A DNA stretch of 63,501 nucleotides, filler included, from Phoronis australis (GCA_002633005.1; 7 parts of 7 records of this genome joined end to end with filler, not necessarily neighbours in it); one strand, 5' to 3'; positions 1 through 13,132 are shown, numbered from the whole stretch's first letter. Made by a program: numbers and translations. Notes: a model not told the origin generated them from the letters alone.

Positions 1-89
1 ATATTTTTTGCGTAGATGCTATGTATGTCTGGAATAAAGTCTTATCTATCTTACATTCTTCCTTGAGTAAAGCAAGGACATTTACTAAT

Positions 90-810
90 TCCTATGTAGC
101 ATTTTGTGTTAGTGTTCATACAGCTAGCTGGCCGGACACTTTTGGAGGCTGTCAATGTCTCGAACTCTTTCCAACTCGAACAAATACTCCAATATTTACG
201 ATTTCTTTACAATATGTCTTTTCACTTGTCATTGATGACATTTTATCCTGGTACTAGTATGAGAGGTGCAACCGTGGTGGTCAAGTTCAAGCATGCTATA
301 GACATGCGCACAGATGTATTCAAAACAGAAATGGCTTAGTCCATGATTTCATTGATCAAACGAAAAACTAGCTAGCTGTATGAGGTCAAACATCAAATTA
401 AAGCTAGGAACCACTATGTTTTAACCATATTAGTACATAGACCTTGAAATTTCAAACAGCCCTGGTTAGTCCTGCTCGTAAGCTAGACGTGAAACCTATA
501 TCAACAAGTACAGTTAACCACCTGCAGGGGAGCATGCAAAACCTGGGTGTCAACTGACACTCAAATACCTCATTACAGCCAGTTATTAAGTAAAAACAAT
601 TCTCGTGCATAATTCAACGGCTTTTGTCAAAAAGAAAAGGCTGTCATATACTTGAAAACAGTACGCACGTGACACGTGTGGAAGAAAAGTTTCAAGATTG
701 AAAAATCAGTGAAAAAAGAAATTGACCAATACGCTATGCTTTATTTCATGGGACTGAAAGCCGACACATAGGATTGCTTCACAAATTTAGCAACAGAATA
801 ACAGTAGAAC
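90..810. mobile_element. Dispersed repeat family with internal inverted arms (non-autonomous DNA/foldback element)
   Basis: 90-135 is inverse to about 369-412 (GCTAGCTGTATGA core). 370-800 resembles 2030-2620 and 51233-51630. Confidence 0.55.
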
Positions 811-1697
811 AGCACTGGTATTTTATGGTAACTAATTTCATTTAGACAAGAAAGAGTCTAGTTAATAATAACGTTAATTTTCCATCACCAATTCGGTAGA
901 AGTCACATAGGTGGCTCCTGTATTTTGAGAACCAGTTTTCTCCTTCAGAAGGCAAGATTTGAATTCCTTGGAGTTTTTGTTTGTCAACAAGCTTGATTTC
1001 ATGAAAGTTCTTCAAAATGGCACCCAGTGAAGGAAGCTCAATTGAGTGAACCACAACAGATTTTCATGGATATGTTCAAATTATGTTGACTAAATTGCTT
1101 CCAGAGGCATAGTACGTATTAATTGTAACACAATGTGTGTATTCATGTTTCCTTTTCGCTTCATATTTTGACATCAGTAACCTTTTATGGTGGTAAGGCA
1201 CCCGACGGTACTACAGACACTCTCAACAGGCATTCTCGTCAGCCACTCGTTGTTATGTTCTATAATATATACATTTATTACAGTATGTTTAGAATAAAAT
1301 CAGCGTTCAGAAGGGACATCACGAAATTATCCAAAAAATACAGAAAATAAGACCAAAATCTATTAATTAATGGAAAACGAATAATTTTGGACAATTATCA
1401 TCGAATTATTATTATACACTTGCATTTCCTGTTCTATTACCCGTAAATCGGAACAATTCCTATATTGTTCCACGTTTTAGGACTCCACAAATGGGACTGC
1501 GCAGTATATGGTTTTATCCCGGTTTTGGTTACGTCATCCGCATATCGCAGAAGTCAACATAATGCGCAGCACAACTTGTTCCATTCTGCACATCACACGA
1601 GCGGTTTATTAAAGGTGCCTGTGGTGCTGGTGTTGCAGCCCAAACTGATGTCTGCGCCAAACTGATTTGACTCACTTCAATGCGGCACCGGTTGGTG

Positions 1698-2620
1698 AGC
1701 CAAACTGATGCCTGCGCCAAACTAAAGATACCATAAGTTCCCAAATTATTGCCAGAGGCTAATGGTTTTTAACAGTTATCAGAACTGAAATTGACGACAA
1801 TGAGTACTCATGTATGCAGGTCATAAGGATTAATCACATTAGGGAAGTGTCTTGAAAAATTATTACACACCACAGAGCTCGCACTCTTTGTCGTCAAATT
1901 CAGTTCTGGTAACCATTAAATAGCTCAAAAACTGAAGCAGCGATTGTCCGTTTTTTAATCTTGCTGGCAGTAACTTGGGAACTTACGATAACGTCCGTTT
2001 GCGCAGGCATCAGTTTGGCCAGCCAGCCAGCTAGCTGTATGAAGACTAACGTCAAAATACAGCTAGGTACATCTGTGTGTTAATCTTCCGTAGACCCCGA
2101 AATTGCACCCAGCCAGGGTAGTTCTCCTTGTTACCTCACCATGAAACCTGTATCAACATGTAGAGCTAAAGACCGGATGGCCGGGTGCATGCAAAATCTG
2201 GGAGTAAACCGACACTCACCTTGCCAGTTACAGCCGTTTAATTGAAAACAATGCAACAAACGAACAAACGTAATTTTCTTGCATAACTCTTCGCCTTTTG
2301 TAACAATGAAAAGTATGTCATCGATTTGAAAACAGTGCGCTTGTGTCACGCGCATGCGTCATTTACTAAAATTTTGCGACATTCGCAGTCAGCAAAAAAT
2401 TTGTTGTGGAATTCGGTTTGCTGGTATTAAAACATTGAAAACTTGTAATGAAATAAACTAGTTCCAAAAATTTGTGGTGACATGTACGCAACCTCGTGGA
2501 AAAAGAATAGTTGAATGAAGAATTGGCGAAACAAGAAACTGGTGACGCAATATTTCATGGCGCCGAGAGCCAACGCAAAAGATCGCTCCAAAGCTTTAGC
2601 TGCAGAATAACGGTAGAACG
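1698..2620. mobile_element. Foldback hairpin plus a second copy of the dispersed repeat
   Basis: 1698-1805 (GCCAAACTGATGCCTGCGC...CAGAACTGAAATTGACGACAA) is inverted at 1888-2020. 2210-2620 aligns by eye with 51233-51630. Confidence 0.6.
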
Positions 2621-3149
2621 CCAATTTTCCAACACCAGTATATGATTTAGTTTACTCAAGGAAGGGTGCAGTTTTTAATGACACTAATTTTGTGTCACAT
2701 TTTATCTGATCATTTTTTTAGCATACACGGTACACCAAGGCTACAGTTTGGGTCGACCAACTCACGCCAAATTGAAAAGTACCAGGCACAGGCATCACTT
2801 TGGGCTGTAACAGTACTAACTGAGGGGATACGTGCCTACCTGGGAGGCAGCCTGGGACTGGTTACTGACTGACTGTCTCATACGGAGTCTTACGTATTAC
2901 TTCACCACTGGCTCTGGCTCTGGCACCTTAATATAAGATCCACCAACGGATTTGAGATCCAGTGTCCTCCTCTGAGCAGACATATTAAAAGCAAAAAATT
3001 CCCAGAGTATGGGATCATTGTAACTAATAACCCACGATATGTTTAACAGATATGTTGAACTGTTTAACACTTACTACGACCGACAGTCCAAGGTAAGTTC
3101 CCCACGTAAATTTTTAACCTGGAAGCCGACATATTGGTTTTTACTTCGT

Positions 3150-3320
3150 GCATTTCCGGAAAAGTAAATATTCCGAATTAGTAGCCAAGAAAAACTGAAG
3201 TATATACAAAAACGTAATACAAAACATTTCCAAAACTTTGGAGATGCATATTGATTTAAACAATTCGGTAGTTTTATTTAACGGTATTCGTGAACTTCCG
3301 GCAATCCAAGATGTCAGCCG
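3150..3320 (+). promoter_or_regulatory. Probable housekeeping promoter of ALKBH1
   Basis: ETS-like TTCCGG motifs at about 3155 and 3296, and a YY1-like CAAGATGTCAGCC overlapping the start codon. Motif inspection only. Confidence 0.35.
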
Positions 3321-6300
3321 CCTTGTACTCTGAACAAGATCAAACTGCAGACGACACAAATGACAATTTTAAAGTAGTTTTCAAAAAATTAAAACGGAGA
3401 AGACCACCCGCAGACCTATCGGACGTAATAGACTTTAGGCTTGTCAAAGATAATAGAGTAAGTGGTTCCCACTGTCAATTCTGGAGTTGCACTGTCTGCT
3501 GAAACAAGGCTGTTGTTACACTTACACAGTGTTATTGACACGTAATTTCCGGGTGCGATGTAGATTGGTATAAAACTCTAAATCGCAATTGGCCCTTGGC
3601 CAAATGGTTGATATACTCCACTCTCATGCTGGCAGCCCACATACGATATTAGTATCTGCAGCTGTTTGTGGAATCTGGTTTGCATCTGTGCTCTAGCAGT
3701 AAAAAACAAACGACGCAGACGTGTTGGAACTGAGCTGGTGGATATTAATGCCGTGTGATTTGCCTAGGCGAATGGTCACAGCCCAAGACTTTTTTTGCGA
3801 AAACTCTTGGTTATTGTTTACAATATGATGACATTGACGTACGCACATGATTTTGGTATTGGTTGCATGATCCTCGCATCGTCATCATTCCATTAATACA
3901 CGTAAGTGTCTCCTACCCCATTTCCTTAGTATTTTATCAAATTTTGTCAAATTTCTGCTCGCACTATTCCCCGTTCAGAGATATCGCCATGCTGAATGGA
4001 AGGAGTCATCTGGGGGGCAAAAACTGAACTAAACTGCCGACACCCAAGCAGAGCGTCGCTCTTCAAAAGTCAAATTGACCGAGGTCAGTCGTCCGCGAGC
4101 CTGAGCTATGGTCCCAAGGGTTTGAATTCCTACGGTGTTGAGTCATAATTAACACATTCCATGACTCTGGAGACAATTTAGTCAACATAATTTGAACATC
4201 TTTATAAAAACCTGTAGCGATTCGCTCGAGGATGTTAGGCAAAATCATGCCTGTTGACGAACAAATAGTCCAAGGTACAGAAATCGTGCATATTCCGCTA
4301 GATATCTTCCCATGCTACATTTTGCAAGTGTCCCATGCAAGGTCACGCACTTCACTCAATCTCGCACTTTTCCTTGCCTAACTGTGTGGTTGTCATGCGC
4401 GCTGAAAAAAGTTAATGGCGACTTGTTGCCTGAGTGTTTTAATGAAGAGCGCGAGGATTATAGGAAAGATCCTCATCTGCCAGCAGGCAACACAGACAGA
4501 CTGAAGAGACTGATCGAAACTTTGCTTTGATTTCATACATAGCTGTGTATTGTGTTGATCTGTTTCACTTTTACTTATAGGTTACCAGACGGCATTTGCT
4601 GTCAACGGACAAGTGTCATGAAGACCTGCTACCTGCAAATGAGTGGAAGGTGTTTAACATTTCTGGTTTCCCAGGTATAACTCATGTTGTATGATTGGAC
4701 TACATCTGTGCAGGGCTACGGCTAAATAGTTGGTTTATTTGGGGAAAATTACCTTCTTGCTTGATAGGTTTGCTATTTAGTAGGTAATTGCTCAGCACTC
4801 CAAACAGCATCCAAACATCATTGGCCACGTTACATGCTCAAACTTCTTCAATTGTGGCATAGAAACCGAGATTCCTCAAGAGGCTTCAAAGCCCTCTACT
4901 TGATAGGCACACAACTTGCCTGGTGGAAATCACAAGATTAAGGTTTAACAGTCTTTCCAACTTCTTGAGAAAAAATAAGCAGGTTGGAAGACTTCGACTC
5001 CTGGAGAGCAGCTTGACGATGGATCCCCATGGGTCATAATCAGGAACTTGGTGCAATAGCTCCCCCTGAGTCTCCTCAGAGAACTGCAAAGAGTACCTAC
5101 ATGATTGTTGATAGAGCTTTGTTGAAATCACTTAAAGTGAAGAACTCAATAGTATATTGTTCGTAGTGTTCTTAAAGAATTCTTAAGAAAATCGGTTGGA
5201 AAATTTCTTTTTGTACATGATCTCGGATGTTGTACAGGAGATTTTCACAATTTACTTGGTTAATGTGATTCTCTTCAAGCACAAAATGTTCAACTTTATT
5301 CAAGTATCTTGTTCTTTAGTATTGCAGTGGTTGGTGTAAAAAATATTTGTTGGAGAATTATGGTGAATGGTAAATTTGATGTTATGTAGTATTTTTGAAT
5401 TGAAATTATGGTTAATTTTACCAAGCGTGATTGATATTTTCTTCTGTGACTTATAGTCATCGGGAATTAAGTTTGTCTTAAACAACTTTAGTGTTTACTA
5501 GTTTTCAACAACAAATGAGACATTTTCTGTTTAACGTTATAGAAATTTATTCTACTTTGTTGGTTTCTTAATACGTGAACTTGTTTCCAGGGTTCACCTT
5601 CATTGTGAATCCCTTCAGACGAGGCAGGCAACAACGCTGGACCAATCGATGCCTCGTAGACTTCACACGCATGCCGAACCACAGGAATCTGGACGCTCAT
5701 ATGAACCTTGATGAACAGGATGATGTGTGGAAAATGTGGGTTTTGTTATCATAAAATCTTGCCCATTGGATAATATGTCCTTATGTTTCAGTATAAGGCC
5801 ATCATCTTATGCAGGGAATTTTTCCATATTTTTGAAGTTTTAAGGAAAAAATGGTTAGTCTTCGAGCTTCATAGTGGTATGAAGTTTTGAAATGACAAAC
5901 CATTTTTTCCTGATAATTTTTTTAAATTTGTAATTATATTGTTTTAATCAACCTATGTTTTGAGTATTAATTTTGTGGTCACGTCTGATGATGCACAAAA
6001 CAAAGCAGAAATAACTACTGGCCTGAAGAATGGAGAAACATATTGATCTTAAATTTGAATATTACCTTACTTTCAATTTTTTTCTAATCCCTTGCTAGAA
6101 GATGTGATTTTGTAAATGTTCATGTACAACAATTATAATGTTTTGTGAGTGAGTTAAGAAAATAAGTTATCTTTTTACTCCTGTTAACATAAAGGACCAG
6201 AAGACCACCGTGCATAGTGAAGACTAGAACCACCTTCATTGTGCATGAACTGTGAATGCACATAAATGTTACTCTGACTTCCATATTTTTTGTTGAGAAA

Positions 6301-8707
6301 ATCTTGATTCTAAAGATATCCCTGGGCATTAAAATATCTAATATTCAAAGGATTTATGAAGTGTACTGATATCTGCATTAAAGAATTAACGTGGAGTTGG
6401 AGAAAAAGTGGTGTTTGTAAGGGTGATCTTGAAAATTTGAAGAAATGAGTGTGAACCGACTGAGCCTTGTAAGCTCTGAGTAAGGCCCTTATGGATGTCA
6501 CAGTTAAGGCTGGGTAGTGTACCGATACTGTCAATTTGATGCCAATACTCGTTAGGTACAGGTGCCAAATATTATCAATGAACCAAGGTTACAAACTATG
6601 AACATATTTGGTGTTTTAAGCGATGTTAGCTACGACATGTTAGAAGAATAAGTGTAGCACACACTAAACTTTGAAAATAAAACAAAAATTCCATCTTCCG
6701 TCACTGTTGTTTAGGTTATTGTTAGATTTTTCTAGTTGAAACTATGACAGTATACGACATTTTGGCTGACCTTCAGAACCAAGCAGTCCCTGTGAAACAA
6801 AATGAAGTTATGGTGTCACTTTTCACTTTAGTTTGACTTTATGCGGGTTTCTTTCTTGTCAGTTGACAGAATTAAACTACGGAACTATTTATTCAGCCAC
6901 ACTTTCAGTTTTCATTTTCAAGGTATGGAATGAGGCAAGAAGTACTTTTTGTTTTGATAGTGTATGGTATTTTTCATTTCTGTTGTTAGTATAGTATGTG
7001 TTAGGAACTGGTACTCAACCCTAGTAGCAAATAAGAGGAGGCAGTGTGGCCTGGTTGATAAGAGCCCCCTTTCTGTACTCGAGGTGGTGGGTTCGAGTCC
7101 CACCAGGTCACACTGCTAAACCCTTGAGCCAGGTTTTTAGCTCCTCAGCTCGGTTTTAACCATATATTAATAAAGCAAAAAAACAGTTCTAGGTGATTTG
7201 TGCTATGGGCCCATATGCAAGGCCTGCGCACGTCTGGTACAACATGTATCAGACCGGCTGCAATTGTTTTTTTAGTAGCAAATAGTCGCGTTCGCGACAT
7301 GTTTGAGCCACAGTTGTCTTTTAATCTCTGCCCCGAACCGGTTTCACCAAGATGTTAAGATGGTGAGATGCATTCGGGTATTCTTAAAATGAGTTTGGTA
7401 TAACTAGCTGGGTTGTTATTTTTATGACTACAAGAAATGTAGGAAATCAAGTTCATCAATTTCAAAAATCAAGGTGATAAGTCCTTCTAATCTTGGTTGA
7501 TTGCAGGTATGAGTCAGGTGAAAATCAGGGGCTGATGCTTCGTTTGCGCTGGGCCACACTGGGTTATCACCACAACTGGTCAACAAAGGTGAGTGCTCGG
7601 CTTTTGACGCTTGATGTCTCTGCTCTGCTGTGAATTAACTCGCATCTATACAAGGTTCCAATTTGTATTACAAGCTAAGGGTAAAAGGGCCATGGTTTTG
7701 CCAAGATTGCTCACAGACTTTGAAATTAGAAGCATGGGAATGCTTGAAGCTATCTGTTTTTTATTTTAAATCAGTTAAATGAAGATTTTTCAAGTTTTAG
7801 TAGTTAAAGCACAAATGTTAATGAGCATAAAATGGTTCACCTTGAATCCTGAACATAACCTGTCTTTTTCTCTATTGTGTTACTATGTTCATTTACTGCT
7901 GTCATGATGTGTAATTGCCTGGTTAATCGGTTCATCTGTGATGTCGTTTGCAGCAATATTCTGAAGGTAACAAGTCGGATATACCGGGTGACTTAGCCTC
8001 GCTTGCTTCGCATGTAGCCTTGTGTCTAGGTTACCTTGACTACCGTGCACAAGCTGCTGTTGTCAACTACTATAATATGGACTCGACTCTAAGTGGCCAT
8101 GTGGATCACTCAGAAATAGACCAAGTTTCTCCTCTGATATCGTTCAGGTAGGTTTGAGCTTAAATTTTTCAATACCGTATTTGAGCATTTCTGTACACAG
8201 GGTATCTGCTTCTCAGTTTGGTCTTTGCAGAAGACCCGGATATGATGAAAAAGTTTTTGTTGTTGCACATAAGATTTGAAGTATCTGAGCCTCTGTCATT
8301 TACTTTGCAGTTTTGGCCAGTCTGCTGTATTTATGTTTGGTGGAAAGACAAAGGAAGTAGTCCCAGTCTCGTTCTTCATACACAGTGGGGACATTGTGAT
8401 CATGGCAGACCAATCACGATTGTGTTACCATGGAGTACCCAAAATAGTGCACTCCCCATCGGACGTGTTTGAACTGTGTTGTGCTTGTGAACGAGGACAG
8501 AAAGATGAAAGTCTGTGTCAGGACTGCCTAAAAGCACAAACTACATGTGAAGGAAAGGAGTGTTGTAAACCTTGTGATGTAGAGTGGACAGGCAGTGAAC
8601 GATTTGAAACATCTGTGGATTCCGTTACAGAATACCTGAGGACACATCGAATCAACATGAACGTCAGGCAGGTTCTACCAGCCAATCAAACTACTGTTGT
8701 TTACTGA
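3311..8707 (+). CDS. ALKBH1: Nucleic acid dioxygenase ALKBH1 (AlkB homolog 1), 6 coding exons, 352 aa
   Basis: GT-AG exons 3311-3457, 4581-4674, 5591-5735, 7507-7588, 7954-8147 and 8311-8707 sum to 1059 nt in frame. Motifs: GF.FIVNPF, LRWATLGYHHNW, NYY.DSTLSGHVDHSE (HxD), SFGQSAVF, HSGDIVIM, YHGVP (distal His) and RINMNVRQV (RxxxxxR). Confidence 0.95.
7034..7272 (+). mobile_element. tRNA-derived SINE with a 12-bp target-site duplication, in ALKBH1 intron 3
   Basis: A-box-like TGGCCTGGTTGA, B box GGTTCGAGTCC (7090-7100) and a T-run tail. TAGTAGCAAATA is duplicated at 7022-7033 and 7273-7284. Confidence 0.8.
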
Positions 8708-10873
8708 CTTTTTTGGCATTTGCCAGCTTGTTGCTCATCTGTGGAGGGGCATAAAAGCAATTTATCGTTCAACTCAGTGACAGAAAGATAGTGTGTAGTG
8801 AATGCTGATTCATTGACAAGGTTTGTGTTATGTGATGAAAATCTCATCATAACACTGTCCTGTGTCTGTGACGCATTGGTTTTATTACGTACAGTAAAAT
8901 AAAACCTCACCAATTTAGGACTCAATGTGGCAGACAAGTCCAATATTATTTTATCATAAAATATGTGTAGCACCAAATTAATACTTTTCTATATGTTGTT
9001 CTGCACTAGGCAACATTTAGCCCCCGGTTGGCTGGTCCACCTATTATTCTCCTGTACCTCAGCTAAGGTTCCCCACATCATACGAGGCCCTACCTTGCAT
9101 CAATAGGGACCTTCAACATTGTGTTCAAAACAGCCTATCGCATTTTGGGCTTGGAGGGGGTAACTAGTAATAGTGGTTTAGAATTTTCAGGATGTTTGTA
9201 AATCGTGGGTGTCACGAAGTTTACATGCAAGGTCTGTGAAAGTAGTTCTTCATGATCCCTGCTCCGAGTCGTACAACTTTCCCAGTTGGCATGTGTAGAC
9301 ACAGCTTAAAGGCTTTATGATCCTAACTGTTGCTGGTGGCGAGAGGCACAGCAGCTGGTTCAATTTGCAGGCCTCCACAGGTGTAGCACTGCAGTAGCAA
9401 TATCATTATGGCTAATAAAGAGTATATGAAAATGGCTGCATCTGTTTGTATAAGGTCACTTTGGAGCAAAATATAATTTGTGCAGGAACATTCGATTTGA
9501 TGAATTGGTATGCTGAATCTAAAAAACTTGGTGCTGTGAGGAATGGAAAGATGTTTGATGAATGTTTATCGTGTACATTGCTTTCTGTCATGCAACAGTT
9601 TGCTTGGCGAATAGGTAAGCAACCCCAGACTGATGCATTACTAGTGTACAAAATAAAAGATTAAAAAATGCACGGGTGTAAAAAATTCCTGTGTTGTAAA
9701 TGAATGCAATTCTGTAATATTTTTTAAGAGCTTAATTTCATATCCAGTATATATGCACTGATCAAAGTAAGTTTTGAATTCTGGGGAAAAATGGACATCT
9801 TTTTTCATTTCTGTAGATCACAAAGTGCTGAAATCACAGCACTAAATTCGTTACTGGTTTTCTACTCATTGTGATATAGAATTCTCTTCAGAAACCTATC
9901 AGTTTACTTGGACCTCCTCTTTTGTTAAAAAATTGGTTCAGCCTTTTTGAACCAACTTTTATTGTATAATAAATAATACCAAAGACATGTAGATTTCGAT
10001 GAAAATTACCATCCAGCAAAAATGGATCAGTTCTACAGTACAACTTGTGAGAAGTTACACAACCAACCAGTTTCTTATCAGATAGCTCTATTACATAACA
10101 TTTGAAATCTGTCACAATGTCATTAAATGGAATTAACATTATCAGCTGCCCTTTTAAATCTATTATGTGGATGCATTGCCTCCTTAATAAGCAGATTGTT
10201 ATTTAGAACAATGACTAAGGACTCCAGTTTAGCTGTTGCTCATGTATGTCGCATAGTGAATGATGCTACTTATTTGTTCAAGACAGTTATTTGAATTGCT
10301 CAGTTTTACTGTCATTTGGGACTGGCTTTTATTGAACAGGACAAAAGTGGGCCCTGTACAACAGTAAATTTTACTGAACAGGCTACCTGCTATGAATAAA
10401 GAGTCCAACAGTGCTGACAAAATTCATATTTTGTGCATATAAGCATGTGGCATGTGGGAAGTTTTCAGTTCAATACACACATACATCATGTTCTTCAAAT
10501 GCTGTGTTATTTGGCTTCCAGGAAGTCTTTAAAAGAGCACGTGCAGAAAATATTTGCAACAGCAGATCAGACACTCTTGTGATGATAAAATTTATTTCAT
10601 TTCATTTCATAAAAGTCAAATATACATAATTCTGGTAAATAACAGGCTTAGATTAGGTTCGATGAATTATTGCATAAAGAACCAGACATGATACAGATCG
10701 CAAGAATCTGTCAACATTTTAATCTGAAACAATCCGACTGCCAATATGACCATAATAACTTGACCCTAAGATAAGACCCTGTTCCTGATACTGAAAAGCA
10801 GTCGCATCTTCACACCAAGTGATGAGAATAGCAGGCATAGATTGAACCTTCACTGAAATGTCTGCGCACTCCT

Positions 10874-10965
10874 TCAAGGTCCTGTAGTCGCCATGTTAGT
10901 AGAGTTGAGAATTTCTATCCAATAACCATCTGGATCTTGAATGAAGGCCAGCCCTTTCATTTTAC
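10874..10965 (-). CDS. GLO1: Lactoylglutathione lyase (glyoxalase I), terminal coding exon only
   Basis: The acceptor TTGTTTTTAG is followed by (G)[29 protein letters not shown], the canonical GLO1 C-terminus. Upstream exons are cut off by the gap at 10986. Confidence 0.93.
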
Positions 10966-10985
10966 CTAAAAACAAGGAGTTAACA

Positions 10986-11085
10986 NNNNNNNNNNNNNNN
11001 NNNNNNNNNNNNNNNNNNNNNNNNNNNNNTTAATTAATTAANNNNNNNNNNNNNNNNNNNNNNNNNNNNNNNNNNNNNNNNNNNN
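10986..11085. other. Artificial contig linker N44-TTAATTAATTAA-N44
   Basis: An identical 100-bp construct with stops in all six frames also occurs at 42156-42255, 48669-48768, 51133-51232, 57173-57272 and 61074-61173. Confidence 0.97.
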
Positions 11086-11383
11086 AAGTTTCAGTGACCC
11101 AAATGGAAAACAGCATCTCAAATCAAGGAACTTCCAGGTAATCCTTCATTTCACTTCAGGATTGCACTAGTTGGCTTTAGCGGATGGAGTCATTTTAACA
11201 AATTTTAACTTAAACACAGAAAAAAGCTATATAGTGTTAGTAAAAATGATGAAGGTTTTCAGCTAAATATTAATATGTGAAGTTGAAAATGCACATAGCA
11301 GGAAATGATCGATACGAGAGTTCATGAACTATTTATGAAGCCTGCCATCACAGCATAATATACATAGTTCAGGGAATAAAATA

Positions 11384-11552
11384 CCGTACTCGTCCGGATT
11401 ACGGCCTATGCTCGGCTTACTGCCCACCCCCCGAAAATTTCAATTTCTCATTTTTAAGCGCCCAATGCCGCCCATGCTCAGATTACCGCACACCCCGTGC
11501 TTTTTTAGATTCCCAATTTAAGCGCCCTGGGCGGAAACTTGGACGAGTACGG
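11384..11552. mobile_element. Tc1/mariner-pogo-type MITE with TA TSD, nested in a smaller inverted-repeat element
   Basis: TIRs CCGTACTCGTCC / GGACGAGTACGG flanked by TA. Outer inverted arms CATAGTTCAGGGAATAAA and TTTATTCCTTACACTATG span about 11363-11611. Confidence 0.75.
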
Positions 11553-12204
11553 TAATTACCCATGGGCGACCTGATTGTGTTTGTGGACCTAGCTTTATTC
11601 CTTACACTATGTTACGGCGCCACATTCATTCTACCATAACTAGTTTCGTATAGAAGACTTTTTAAGACAGCTAAAATGTTTGCAAATAACTTCAAGTGAA
11701 AATGAATAATTTAATTGCATTTGTAGAGTTAAAAATATTTTAGTCACAACAGATAATTTTTGATTATTAAAAATAATAAAAAAATACAACTTTATCGATT
11801 TTTGAAAAAATCAATTAACGAATTTGACCATTTACATTTCCGACCACTAAATACCACCTTATTCATGCAGTTGTCATTTTAAAAGTGAACTTCTTTTTAG
11901 GGTTTAAAAACAAAGCATTTGAGACATAAATATAACAAGGCATTTTTTAAACCTAAAAAGAGACTTACTATGTGGAAATGGCGACTGCATGAATAAGATC
12001 TTTACACAATACATGTACCAAAACAAGCTGTATTAGCAAAATCCTATGAAAATACATCAAGTGGTTCCTAAATAAATATAGCAATGTGGAATTATAATGC
12101 CAAAATATCCATTTACTTGCTTTCTTTAGTGTTTCAAAATAAATGCCAACAAACACCCATTGACAACTAGGAAGAATAGCAAGAAGCTTGCACAACTCCA
12201 TACA

Positions 12205-12232
12205 AAAGTAGGTCAAATTAATGACCTATTTA
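12205..12232. promoter_or_regulatory. Inverted pair of RORE-like nuclear receptor half-sites (AGGTCA-n6-TGACCT), actin copy A
   Basis: AAAGTAGGTCA AATTAA TGACCTATTTA. Both arms fit WAWNTRGGTCA, and the motif is conserved at 21194-21221. Confidence 0.45.
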
Positions 12233-13132
12233 ACAAAATCCAGAGACTGGTGGGATTGCCCTGTGAAAACTGTCAGTGCATGTATGTCCTTAAGAGCTAT
12301 GGAAACAGGTAAAGGGACATTGAACTGGCTTTCATTGGACATAACATGGTGACAGGCCACGTCTTAAGGCCAAAAGAAGAAATACAAGAAGGTACTAAAC
12401 AAGATTGGAACTAATCTTCATGACACAGCAGAATGAGGTCAAACCCACTGAGGTAATGGGATGGTGTGAAAGTAACCTAAGGAAATTAATTACTACACGA
12501 TAGCACCAAAACATATTTACAGCAAGGTAAATGTCATTTCTAAAAACCTGTTTTTGTCTAGGATACAGTTTGCGCTTTTGTAACATGGGGCAACTTTGTG
12601 TACTGTTCCTAATTTTAGTCAGGCCTGACCTATTACAGACCAAATGAAGTACAGCGAATGTTTCTGCACCAGGATTTTAACATCATTACACGGTGTATTC
12701 TAGCTTGAAGTCAGCAATTTTGACTTTACCTAATTATGGATTTACGTATCTGAATATCACTTGAATCGTAGCAAAGTCTGGCACATAATGACGACCAGAT
12801 ATGGAGTTGAAATGAACGAATAAGCCTACTGGTATTTACTTTAATTTGTGAAAACAATCAATGAAAGCACACGATGTTCTGCTTGTTTTTAAATTTGAAA
12901 TACAATATCAAATAGCAAACCATGGGGCCGAATTCACTAACACAAAGTATTGTCACTCAGAATTTGTTTAGGAATGTATAGAACAATAAATGTGAGGACC
13001 CATGCAACTCTGCTACGAAGTCGACTAGCTAATAACAATTCCTAGGCATGAAGATTAGAAGATTATTCTACCATGTTACTGTCAGTATTGGTTCTTACAG
13101 GGAATGAATCAGGGATTGATGATCCAAAACGA

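Noticed and set aside
7041-7115. Possible tRNA gene
   Set aside because: A and B boxes are present but there is no convincing cloverleaf. The TSD and body indicate a SINE.
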